From: Eledone cirrhosa
Lineage: Eukaryota
Length of the DNA stretch: 64,000 nucleotides
Direction: 5' to 3'
Assembly (NCBI GenBank): GCA_964016885.1
Contig: OZ024741.1
Span: forward strand, 304,048,001-304,112,000
The notes under the pieces were generated by a model. That model did no database searches. It was not told the DNA's origin and saw nothing but the letters and a program-made list of their open reading frames with translations. The translations under genes were made by a program, and so were the position numbers. Shown piece after piece: positions 14,451 through 26,124 of this stretch (position 1 is the first letter of the stretch; each line of letters opens with the position of its first letter).

Positions 14451-14548
14451 AACTACCAGTCTACTGACAATTTATTCAAAATCTCTAGATCACATGAAGA
14501 TTATTCAAGAGGCATTCAACACTATATTTTTCTCCTTAAATATTTCAG

Positions 14549-14749
14549 CTGGATTGTATAGTATACATGGTCACCTCACCATATCTGATAACTTCTCCCT
14601 ATCATCAGATGGTCTGGTTGCTAAAGCCAGTGAAGCAGGGCTTTATAAGGAATCTGATGGACCATTTAACTTTACAAAAGTATTTGCACCTGATAATGCA
14701 CCCACAATTGATCCAGAAATTTCTAAAGCTGAAGAACTGCTTGTTACAG
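14549..14749 (+). CDS. SCRN: Secernin-family gene, coding exon 4
   Basis: tttcag|(A)GLYSIHGHLTI...FNFTKVF...EELLVT|gtataa; phase 1 to 1, keeps frame with exons 3 and 5. Confidence 0.9.
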
Positions 14750-16598
14750 GTATAAAACTAATATTTATTTACTGTATATACTCATATAAAGGTCAACATC
14801 TATCTTTTTAGCCCAAATATTTGAATTGTATCATGTATTTCTTGTAAGAGTCAACCGTAGTTCTGTACAGACAACAGATCAACAGTTTTTCTCTTTATTA
14901 TATGTTCACTGCAGCAATGCCTTCACCATCTTGTCTGCAGCACAGCGGAGATATATTGCCCAGACAGGGATGTAGAGTCTGACCCACCCCCGCCCACCCC
15001 CTTCTATATACTTTCATTATATATTTTATTTGCAAACATTATATAATTTGAATAAATATTTTACATTCTTAAATGTAACAATTACTTGTTTGTTAGAAAA
15101 TATTTAACATAAACTTTTCGAGACAAAGGTATAAGTAGCTGAAACAATGGAAATCTAATTAAACTAATCCTTTTAAATACTCATAGGGTTAGTGTTTATC
15201 TCTAGTTTGTTACAAGGTAAGGACTGTCTTAGAAATAGTCTTTCTAAAGAGAAGGAATAGGCTCAGCTCTCTAAACATACAAAATACTAGTCAATTTTAT
15301 CCCGAGTTAGTTACATTAAGATTACCCCTTTAATTACCAGCCCATCCAAAACTGGCTCTGGTTCTATGAAATAGGTTTCCAATTTAAATTTTAAAAAATC
15401 TTCTAACATAATTTTATATAAGAACCTTACATTAAGTTACTATCTTATTAATGAAACAATTGATAATTTTAGTAAATCCTTAAAATTCTTCATTAATTAA
15501 TTAAAATAGAGTGTATTTCATTAGAAATGCAGTCATGAAAGTGTTAAAATCTGTCTTAGAAATGGTCTTTCTAAAGAGAGGGATTAGACTCAGCTCTCCA
15601 AACCTACAAAACATTACACATTTCTGTCCCTAGTTTGTTACAATGCAAGGATAAGGTCTATCTTACAAGTCAATCAAATCAAAAGTTAGCACATAGCAGT
15701 TACTGGTATAAAAAATGTTAGCAATTGTGCTCTTAGAAAAATGAACACAGACAAGAAACTAACATAAGCATCTATTTTCCTCTTCAGTCACCTCCAGCAA
15801 GGAATTAGGCATGGCTCTCCAAACCTACCAAAAAAAATAGTCATTTCTATTGTGTTGCTGATGCTTAACAACAGTGATTTATACTACTCTAAAGTGCCTA
15901 TTTATAACTAGGCAAACTCATACATTGCAAACTAAGGCCTCTTATCTATGAATACCACACAATGCATGTGACCTTCAGACAGTTGAATGTCAGATGAAAT
16001 GTATTCATCATCATCATCATCATCATCATACGTCCACTTTTTCCTGCTTGCACAGGAACTGATTCTGGCTTATAGAAATTAATCTAGCTAGCAGTCTTTA
16101 GTTCATTTACTCTCAGTTCTAGGTTCATATCATAATAGGATTTGAACTTGGCTTTTTTTATATTTTGAGAAATGATAAAATAAATATAATATGCCAGATT
16201 GATTCAATTATCTATATATCTCCCTTAACCCATTTAATACCAAACTGAAGCCACCTTGAATTTATGATACAAAACTGCTGAATGTTTAAATGTTTATCTC
16301 TATATTAATTCCTGCCATCATAATTTTATTTTATAATTTTTCTTTAGTAACGTTCTAAATATCAGCTTACAAATGAAAGGGTTAGTTATTTTATGAAATT
16401 CTTCCAAATTTTTGGTTATTTCCAAAATTAATTGAAACACATAGGCAGTGTATTTTATTATAAATACAGTAATGAAGATGTTAAAAAGAATTAAGCTTGT
16501 CTTTATAAAAACCCAGTATTCCTAATTTTTTTTTAATATTAAATTCTGACTTAAAATACTTCTATAATAAAAACTTACAATTTATTTTCTCTTTTCAG

Positions 16599-17116
16599 AA
16601 CCAATGAATCCTCATAATTCTTTCAAACATCTTAGGAAAGATGCAATAAGCATCAATATTTCAAAAGATCAGTTTGTCACGGCTGGCAGTCAAGTATCTC
16701 TGCTATGTCCACAAGAAGGTGCCAGCAGCTTCAGTGGTTCTTGTCACTGGTTCACAGCTACACCAAATCCAAAGACAAGTATTTTCAAGCCATTCATATT
16801 CTCTTCCGAAATCCAGGTAGTAGATCTTCCCAGTATATCACCATCTTACGGGGAGGATGACCCCGCTCGCCAGAAACCCCGTTTCCAAAAGGAAGTCGAT
16901 CGTAAACACAGACTTTACACAAGCCATGTGAAACTGAAATCTTTGCTTGCAAGTGGCGGGCCACTAGTGCAGCAAAAATCAGACATGCTTCAGATGTTAG
17001 AAGAAACATGTTTGCAAGACATGGAGGAGACATTAAACCAATTGCATGCTTTAGACCCTAAAAAATTGGCCAGTGCTTTCTCTCACGTTGCGCAGCTTGA
17101 AATGAATTTTCTTTAA
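16599..17116 (+). CDS. SCRN: Secernin-family gene, last coding exon
   Basis: ttttcag|(E)PMNP...FVTAGSQVSLL...CHWFTATPNPKTSIFKPFIF...SPSYGEDDPARQKPRFQKEVDRKHRLY...EMNFL*; secernin C-terminal motifs. Confidence 0.95.
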
Positions 17117-17574
17117 GAGGAAAACGGTTGTTTTTTTTGTGGGGGGTTATTTTTTAAGAGAAAAGAGAGAGAAAAAAAATGATAATGATGTATGTTCCAG
17201 TATGTTCTTTAAATCAATGATTATGGACTGAACAATAGAATTAACATGTTGAAAGGTTTAATTTGATCACAATCATGTGACAGTATTTGATGATAGAACT
17301 ATGGAGTTCTTTCCAAAATTCTCTTAGCGTCTCAACCTGTTTTAGTGGCTGTGAATTAAACAAGGAAAGATATTTGAAACAGTTCTGCTTTTTTTTTTTT
17401 TTTAGTAAAAAAAGTATCTGCACATGTATATGTATGTTATATCTGCCTATGTTGTGATATGCATGTAAGTGTGTGTGTATATATTATATATGCTTATGTT
17501 GTGATATGTATGTATGAAAATATGTGGATTTAGACATAACAATTTAACCCTGTGTGTGTGTATTCACACATATA

Positions 17575-17630
17575 AATAAATGTATGTATGTGTGTTAATA
17601 GTATGATTTTTTTAAATATTCATCAATAAA
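17575..17630 (+). promoter_or_regulatory. Candidate polyadenylation signals for the secernin gene
   Basis: AATAAA at 17575-17580 and 17625-17630, about 460-510 nt after the stop. The AT-rich context makes chance matches likely. Confidence 0.3.
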
Positions 17631-18046
17631 TTCAGACAAACGTCAGTTTAGCAACATTTCAAATTTACTTACAATGACTATATATATATATTTATATATA
17701 TATATATAACATCATCATCATCATCATCTAACATCACATTTTCACTGCTACCACAAGCTGGATAGATTATCACAAACTGGCCACTACCCAAGTGCAGCCT
17801 CTGACCTCTCAAATGGGCTGATGGCCTGCATCTCGCTTACATATGTTTCTGCACTCTGTTGATGACTCTGACAGCCCATCTTGCTAACATAAAATTCTGT
17901 ACTATACCAAGTGTATTTTATCATGACACAACTGAAGAGTCCTCCTAACCCTTTGTTTGGCAGTTTTTCAATGGCTGAAGGATGCCCCTCCTATCATGAG
18001 CTGATTTACAGAGTGTACTGGGTGCATTTATCATCTAGATCACCAA

Positions 18047-18094
<48 letters not shown>

Positions 18095-18914
18095 CAATTA
18101 AAATGTCACTCGTCTCTAATACTTAGACATCACAATGAAAGGATAAAATGTAGATTTTGAAATAATTGATATTGTTTCTTGAATTCCAGAAACCATTGTT
18201 GGAGACTATACAAGTAAAACTGACTTATTTTAGTCAGTCTAGCTTATATTCCCCCAATATTTGGCTTAAGTTTAATATGTTTATATATATTAAAATACAG
18301 CCTATCAGAACCATACCTAAAACACACTCCCATGCATAACAATAACTAAACCTATTCTAATTACTGTTACAGAGCCTACAGCCATCTTATTGTGTGGTAT
18401 CTGTATATCTGCAGCTACCACCACTCTGTTATGCAATCAACATTGTACTCACACAGAATCAAATTGACTACTGATTAACAAAATCCATCCAAATCACCAC
18501 AGAATCTTAATTTCAACTGTATAGACCCTAGTACAACTTATAATCCTACCATATCTAATTATTTGGCTAGAAAACACATTTATATCCTAAAATCTTTGGA
18601 GTACAGCCTGATGCAAAAGGGATCCAAGCCACCTCAAAATTAAAATCCCTAGTCTTATTAATTACACTTGATACTACAGACTGTCTATGACTCTGCCAAT
18701 TTGCCACCTTACCTCATTAATTAAAGAGTTAAAGAAAAAAAAACAAAGTCATTTTTTTAGTCCATTATAATACATTTTAATGAAAAAACATATTGAATAT
18801 AAAGAAAACATGAGATACCCCTCCATGAACACAAGAAAAGAAATTATACTTTGATGTAAAAGTGTTTTTTTTCTCGGACAATCAGCCAAAATTATAATTT
18901 ATCAAAAACATGTA

Positions 18915-19490
18915 ATAATTGTTTCTGCTTTTGGCATAATGGCAGCAATTATCCCAGTGCATGACTGGTGCTTTATTTTATCGACCCCGTAAGGATGAAA
19001 GGTAAAGTTAACCTCAGTTGGATTTGAACTCAGACCACAAAGGGACGTAACTCTATGCTGCAAAGCATGGTGCCCGACCTTCTACCGATACTGCCAATCC
19101 AATGCCATTTTCATGTAATGATGGTTTCTGATTTAGAAACAAGGCCAACAATTTTAAAGTCAATTAAACTAACCCCAGTTCATTACTGGTATTTTATTTT
19201 ATCAACCCCGTAAGGATGAAAGACAAAACTAACCTCAGCAGGATTTGCACTCAGATTGCAGAGGGTTATAAATTTATGCTGAAAACCATTTTGTTCGCTT
19301 GCTACCTCAACTTCATGTAATAATTGTTTCTACATTAGGCACAAGGCCAGCCATTACCCAGTGCATTACTGGTACTTTATTTTATCGACCCCGAAAGGAT
19401 GAAAGGCAAAGTAAACCTCGGCGGGATTTGAACGCAGACCGTAAAGGGACGTAACTATGCTGGAAAGCATGGCGTCCGACTCTCTACCGA
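18915..19490 (-). mobile_element. Three head-to-tail family-1 SINE copies
   Basis: tttatc(g/a)accccg(t/a)aaggatgaaag at about 18977, 19198 and 19381, period about 200 bp. Confidence 0.8.
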
Positions 19491-19943
19491 TAGTAAATGT
19501 AAAGAGCCCCTTCGGTCACAAATGACCATAAGATTGGCAGCGATAAAGTTCCCTCTAAAGCACAAGTCTAGGCAAAGTTGTCTCCCCATACTAGGCTCTC
19601 CTCTACATGGTACCAATGTTGTCAAAACAAAAGGCTGATACAGCTTGTCACCAGTGACATCAGAACTCATTTCTACACCTGAGTGAACTGGAGTAGTTTG
19701 AAATAAAGTGTCTTGTTCAAGAACACAACACCCAGACTAGTCTGGGAATTGGACTCACAACCTCACGATTGTAAACCCGACACTCTAACCACTAAGCAAT
19801 GCACCTTCACAATGATAATAGTAATAATCATAATATATTAGTTGTATCCCTGTTTTACACAGATTTTACCAGTCTTGCTTTGTTAGATACATTTTCAAAG
19901 ATAAAATTGCTATTGTATAATAATACATGTATATATTTCAATA

Positions 19944-20268
19944 TAGTGAGTGCATTTTAACAATAAAAATAAAACAAAGTCAGATGTAGGTTGTTAAGAT
20001 TACTTCATTGCTTTACGATCCTTTCAGAGGGCTGATTAATCTTGGTGAATCGAATGATTAAACACCAGTTAGTGGTTATGGATGATGGAGTGATTGATCT
20101 TGAATATCAGCTCTAAAAATACATGGTGATCTAACCACTAACTAGTGTTTGATCATTCGATTTACCATGATCAACCAGCCCTCTAAAACGATCATAAAAC
20201 AATTAAGTACACTTAACAACTTATATCTGACTTTTGTTTTATTTTCATTGTTCAAAATATACCCACTG
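19944..20268. mobile_element. Tc1/mariner-like MITE with ~135-bp imperfect TIRs
   Basis: Arms 19938-20078 and 20132-20274 are reverse complements; right terminus cccactg|ta (CAGTGGG on minus) with TA flank. Confidence 0.75.
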
Positions 20269-21509
20269 TATTGACTCTGTAGCCTGTGTACATTCTTCGA
20301 AGATACTTTATGCAACCAGTGCCCACCAAAATAACCGAAGCCTTAAAAGCATTACCTTGAATCTCCAGTACAATGCTGCATTGAGTTCTATCAACATTAT
20401 CTGCCTCACATTAAATAGGTGTATACCAATTATATTTATAACTATATACTGCAAAGCATTTTGTCCAACACTGTACAGATGTTACCAATCCACTGCCATA
20501 ATTATATTTTTCTTCCTAAACTACCAAAACACATATTTGTATATGCGCTACAATTTATGTACATGTTATCTTAATCGCATGATAGATAGAAAGTGGTCAA
20601 GAGATATAGAGAAAGAATTGACCACAATATTGGACTTGTTCATCTTTTTATCAACCTCAAAAGAATAAAAGGCATAGTTCAACTCTGTGGATTTGAACTG
20701 AGAGAGCCAGAATGAATACTGCAAAGCATTTTATCTGATGTTCAAACGATTCTACTAAATTGTTTCCTACGTTAGTCATATCACTTCACTTACATCACTG
20801 ACTGAAACAAATTTGAAACCAAGTTATAGCTCACTCACTGTACTATGACATAATGACTCCACTAGAAATTATGGGATCTTTGTCATACGGTGTGTCTAGG
20901 GCACTTTTAAACCTGGCAGAGCCCAACCCTCTCCAGGTCTGAACACAGCTGATTTTTTTTCTATAGAAGAAGAAACTACGCCAGTACTGGTCTGATACAT
21001 TTTTTTATCAACCTCGAAAAGGTGAAAGGCAAAGTTGATCTCGGCAGGATTTGAACTGAAACCATAAAGGGCCGTAACTCTATGCTGCAAAGCATGGTGC
21101 CCGACTCTCTACTGATACTGCCAATCCACTACCATTAGAAACAAGGCCAACAATTTTGGGGGAGGGGAAAGTCAATTAAACTAGCCCCAGTGCATTACTG
21201 GTATTTTATTTTATCAACCTCCATAAGGATGAAAGACAAAACTAACCTTGGCAGGGTATAATATTTTTTTGACAAGAAAATTTCCAAAGTTGAATGGTGG
21301 ACTGCAACACTCTTTTCAAAGCTGAGTAGCTGGGTTTCTCTCTGTTCCATTTGCCATGCAAGTTAACCCTTTAGCATTTAAACCGGTCATATCCAGCCAG
21401 AACTCTCCTCGGTCATAAATGGCTGCTCATACTGATGTTAAGGTATTATTCTCAAAATAAATAATATCAAAATCTCATAGATTCAATACTATGTGAGATA
21501 ATTATGTGA

Positions 21510-23020
21510 AATAATAATAATAATAATAATAATGAAATTATTGTGTACAGTGCTCAGGTGCACTACAATTCGTCAAAAGTGCATGTATAGTACATAGAAT
21601 AATGTACAAATGTTAGGAAAATGAACAGTGTACAAGTTATGAAATACATGTGTGCGTGTGTATGGCAGGGAGACATCAGATGTAGTGTTGGGAATCTCAG
21701 GAAGCATGGAGGTTTTAAAGGATGCAGTGTCTCGGCAGCTAACAACAGATGCAGGTAGTTTGTTCCATGCTTCACCAACTCTGAGCGTGAAAAAATGTTT
21801 CCGAAAGTCATGGGAGCTGTGCTGTTTTCTGATTTTGTGGGCATGCCCATGTGTGTTAGACACATCAAAATCAAAAAGGTACTCAGGGTTGTTGTTGGCA
21901 AGATGGTTAATAATTTTGTGGGTGTTTACCAAATCAGTTGCCAGACGTCGGAGCTTCAATGTATCCATGCCCAGGAAAGCAAGGCGTTCAGAGTATGGTA
22001 GATGCCTGATGGAGGGTATTCGCTTGGTTGCACGTCTCTGAACAGTTTCCAGGTGGTCAATGTTCTGAGCAAGATAGAATTTGCATCACCAGTCTGGAAC
22101 CCCTAAGTGTGGTTGCACCATAGCTATATACAGCTTTAAATAGATAGCTGGAGAGCGGCTGACAAAGGTCTTGCTGAGTGATGCTAAAACACCCTCGGCC
22201 TCCTTGACAATTTTAGAGACGTGCTTTGTCCAACGCAAATTGCTGCTGACAGTAATGCCCAGGTCACATTCACAAGAAGACTTCTTGATATTAGTGTTGT
22301 GGAGGGAGTATGTGGACGCTGGGTTTTTACTCCCAAAATGCATGGATCTGTCCTTTTTATCTCAAGGTACAGCTTGATGTCATCTGCATATTTCAGTACT
22401 CTGACATTCTTTAAGTTGGCATCTATGTAATTAATATATACCACAAACAAAAGGGGGCCAAGAACAGATCCCTGTGGTACACCAGATGACATCTCATATG
22501 GTGAGGAATGCTGTCCTAGAACCATGACTACCTCTCTTCGACTGAGAATGAAGGACTTGAACCAGTTAAAAAGATCATCCTTCACACCCATTGCAGAGAG
22601 TTTTGCCATAAGTCTTTTGTGAGGCACAGAATTGAAAGCTTTAGCAAAGTCAAGATAAACAAACATCCACCCATGAGCCGCTCTCAGTGATCCAGGTGAT
22701 GTCTTCAAGAAACTCGATAAGTTGATCACATCAGCTGGAGTTAGGGATAAATCCAAATTGTGAGGGCTGGATAAGACTGTGAGAGTTCCAGAAGTTCCAA
22801 AGTGTTTCTCTGACACAGGATTCCATCAGTTTGGCAATGCAGCTAGTAGACTGACTGGACAATAGTTCACAGGTGATGTGCGGTCACCCTTTTTGAACAT
22901 AGGAATGACACTGGCAGTTTTCCACTGTTCTGGAGTAGCATCATTGTTCAGACAGAATTGGAAGAAGCGTGATAGCTGGTGCAGAAGGAAGTACCCACCA
23001 CGTTTGAGAAGCAGGTACAT
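21510..23020 (-). mobile_element. 5'-truncated, frameshifted CR1/L2-clade LINE
   Basis: WKTASVIPMFKKGD, YLDFAKAFNSVPH, SGVPQGSVLGPLLF, YADD, FFTLRVGEAWNKLP; (AAT)n tail at 21510-21532. Confidence 0.9.
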
Positions 23021-24894
23021 AGCCTTTACTGTGAAAATCTAATAATATATATCAATGTGAATGCTAAAGAGTTAAACAATGTATTCAAAAACATGAAGAG
23101 ACAATAATATTCCTCTTAAACTAAATCAGGCTTTATTCACAGCAGAAATGTGGCACAATAGTTACAATAACTACATTTTTTTTTTTACTTAATTAAGGCT
23201 ACAAATTGGAGATGTCGTGGTATTCAAATTTTTTTCAAAGGAATTAGCAGCATAGATGTTGTGAAATGGTTCTAACCAATATCAAAAATTAAGTCATGAA
23301 TACAGCATAAGGTTTTTGATAAGGCCTTATCAAAAATCTTCTGTGAGTTAACATATGTAACAGAGTAATTAATTGTTTTCCAAATATTTTTTTCGCAGTT
23401 GTCTTAACACAAAAATGGTGTATGTGATAAAAAATGTTTTTTAAATAGTCCATACAACTTCACTCTATACAGGTTTAACTTAACCTTTTCTAGTACTTTT
23501 ATAACATGATTTATTAGCCTGTATGTATGAACCCATAGTTCCTGATGGAGTTATAGGGGTGCTGTAGTGATATATGATGTGTCTTAGGCATTTTGAATCA
23601 GGTGGAATCCATCCCCTCTCCAAATATGAACACAGTTGATTTCTTCCAGAGAAGGAGAAAGGGTGAAAGAGAGAAAAGTGAGAAAAAGATGTTGGGGAAG
23701 AATTGCAAAGTTGACCTCAACAGGATATGAATTCAGAATGCAAAGAGCTGGAATATTTATCACAAAGCATTCTATCCAACATGTTAATGACTTTATGCTT
23801 TGTTCATATTCTTTATTGAACAAACCTTCAAGGGGACACTTACAGAAAACCTCTCTCACCTTTTCTATAAATGGCACTAATGACAAATGTATCCAATAAT
23901 TTTCAGACACATTTCTCCCTGTCCCATAAACACTTTATAGTGCTGGTGCTAATATCAAATGCACTCAACAGTGCACAAGAATGGGAATATATATAAATAC
24001 AATGGTGATCCCAGTCCATCAGAGTCCTCAGTAGAAGCATGATGCAGCCTGCCTATCTCCTTGGCCCAGTATAGTATTTTTACTACTGAAAATTTGTGAT
24101 ATTAAAAACGTTTACTTTATGTAAGTAAGATGACCTCCACCCCAACCTGCTTCTCATCTGAAAAGTCAGTAGTTCTGTCCAACCCTTGGAAAACAAACAT
24201 TAAATGATGAAGATGATGATGATCCTTCAAGATAAAGTCTCTACTTGATATTTTCCCCTTTCTATATTAGTTATATTTCTATACCCTGCACCATGTATAG
24301 ATTCCCTTGAAACTTATTGCTTTATCTACTATATGACTACCACTACTACCACCATATTACTTACCACCACCATTAGATTGCCTGCTGTCTGAGCCTCACC
24401 TGCAGCCAGATTAGTGGTCAGTGGCTTGCAGTAGGTTGTTTAACAAGGCATAGTTGTCTGTCCTTTATGAAAGTTTCTTGCACAACTACATCTTGTTGAA
24501 GCCTGTTTTAGGCCCTGATAACACCACACTCCTAATTTACGGAAGGTTCTATCCAACCATGAATATATATGCAGCTGCATGATGAATATTTTATATAAAA
24601 AATATGATACAAAATTTTAAAGTTCACATATGCATGCACTACATAGGCATAGGAACATGCCATAATCATTATATGTGTGTATATGTGGGTATATTTGTCC
24701 TGGTGCCCAATGCGGGGTCAGTTTAGAAGAGCTTCCTCCAATATACAGTGGTGGCCATAAGTGAACACCAAACCCAATAGTTGCACATACATGTTAAGTG
24801 TATGAAACTTTATTATACTATATATATATATTCATATACATACACATACTTATATATATATACATATATACACACACATGTATTTTTTTTTTTT

Positions 24895-25198
24895 TTCATT
24901 TTACGTCCGCTTTTCCCTGCTTGCAAGGGTGGGATGGGAACTGATTCTGGCTTGATTTCTACAGCTGGATGCCCTTCCTAACACCAACCTTATTTACAGT
25001 GAGTGCTGGGTGCTTTTTTGCCGTGGCACCTCCACGACCACTTTGCAGTGGAATGATATGGACCCCAGTCCCTATCATCTCATTTCTACAGCTGAGTAAA
25101 CTGGAGCAATGTGAAATAAAGTGTCTTGCTCAAGGAAACAACACATCACCCGGTCTGAGAATTGAACTCACAGTCAATGCTCTAACCACTAAGCCATG
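24895..25198 (-). mobile_element. tRNA-derived SINE, family 2 (CORE-like body) with RTE 3' tail
   Basis: Head catggcttagtggttagag...gagttcaattc, body ccttgagcaagacactttatttcacattgctccag, tail matching the RTE 3' UTR. Relatives at 6366-6650, 11660-11918, 19500-19810, 41825-42160 and 51455-51775. Confidence 0.8.
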
Positions 25199-25489
25199 GA
25201 GGCACATGGTTTAGTGGTTACAGCATTGGCCTTGCAATCGAAAGGTTGTGAGTTCAATTCTCAGACTGGGTGATGTGTTGTTTCCTTGAGCAAGACACTT
25301 TATATCTTCACATTGCTCCAGCTCATGTATTTTAGACATAACATCAACACCTATCATCTATCTTTCCCTCTCTCTAATACACACACAATTTGTGTCTAGT
25401 TTGCAAGCTTTCACACACCAACACACTATACACCAGTTAACCATTGCTGAGCCAACTTCTACAAAGACTTCTACTCTACACAACTTGTA

Positions 25490-25570
25490 GAGTGCCTGAT
25501 GAGGGGCCAGTTTGGAAGAGCATTCTGGAGATATGATCAATATTGGGCCTTGAAACCTTAGGTAGTGTTT
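25490..25570 (+). ncRNA. Type I hammerhead ribozyme-like motif with long stem II insert
   Basis: gagtgc-CTGATGA-ggggcc...ggcctt-GAAA-cc tta g-GTA-gtgttt; core intact, stem I mostly G.U pairs; AATAAA at 25591. Confidence 0.6.
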
Positions 25571-25973
25571 TTGTTCTGTGAATGAACATAAATAAAATGT
25601 GGTCATGTAAAAGACACAGTAAAAAGCACCCAGCACACACTGTAAATGTGGTTGGCACTAGGAAGGGCATCCAGCCAGAAACAGTCCTATATGAGCAAGA
25701 CATGGTCACCCGACCCAACTTGCCAATAAATGGGACAAACCCGTCTAACTCATGCCAGCGTGGAAGATGGACGTTAAACGATGCTACATCCACATATATA
25801 TATATATATATACGACTTCACAGAAAATATTTTACAAAACAAATACAAAAATGAAATATATATATATGGGACTCACATATCACTTTGTACATAACCATGC
25901 CCCTTATAAGCATGCTGACCAAACTGGACATCCACACACACATATATATATATATAAAACCGGTGTTTTCAGC

Positions 25974-26016
<43 letters not shown>

Positions 26017-26017
<1 letters not shown>

Positions 26018-26124
26018 CGCTGAAAACACTGGTTTTCGTCCAATCACCAAAGTTAAGCAACGTCAAGGCTAGTAAGTACTTAGATGGGTGACTGCTTGGG
26101 AAACCTAGGTGCTGTAAGCCTTTT
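26017..26124 (+). pseudogene. 5S rRNA-derived pseudogene, missing about the first 15 nt
   Basis: acgctgaaaacactggttttcgtccaatcaccaaagttaagcaacgt...agtacttagatgggtgactgcttgggaaacctaggtgctgtaagc followed by tttt; follows the metazoan 5S consensus including A and C boxes, with many substitutions. Confidence 0.88.

Noticed and set aside
25199-25275. tRNA-like sequences with A and B boxes (also 34372, 44091, 6366)
   Set aside because: They continue into SINE bodies and lack a complete cloverleaf; SINE heads, not tRNA genes.
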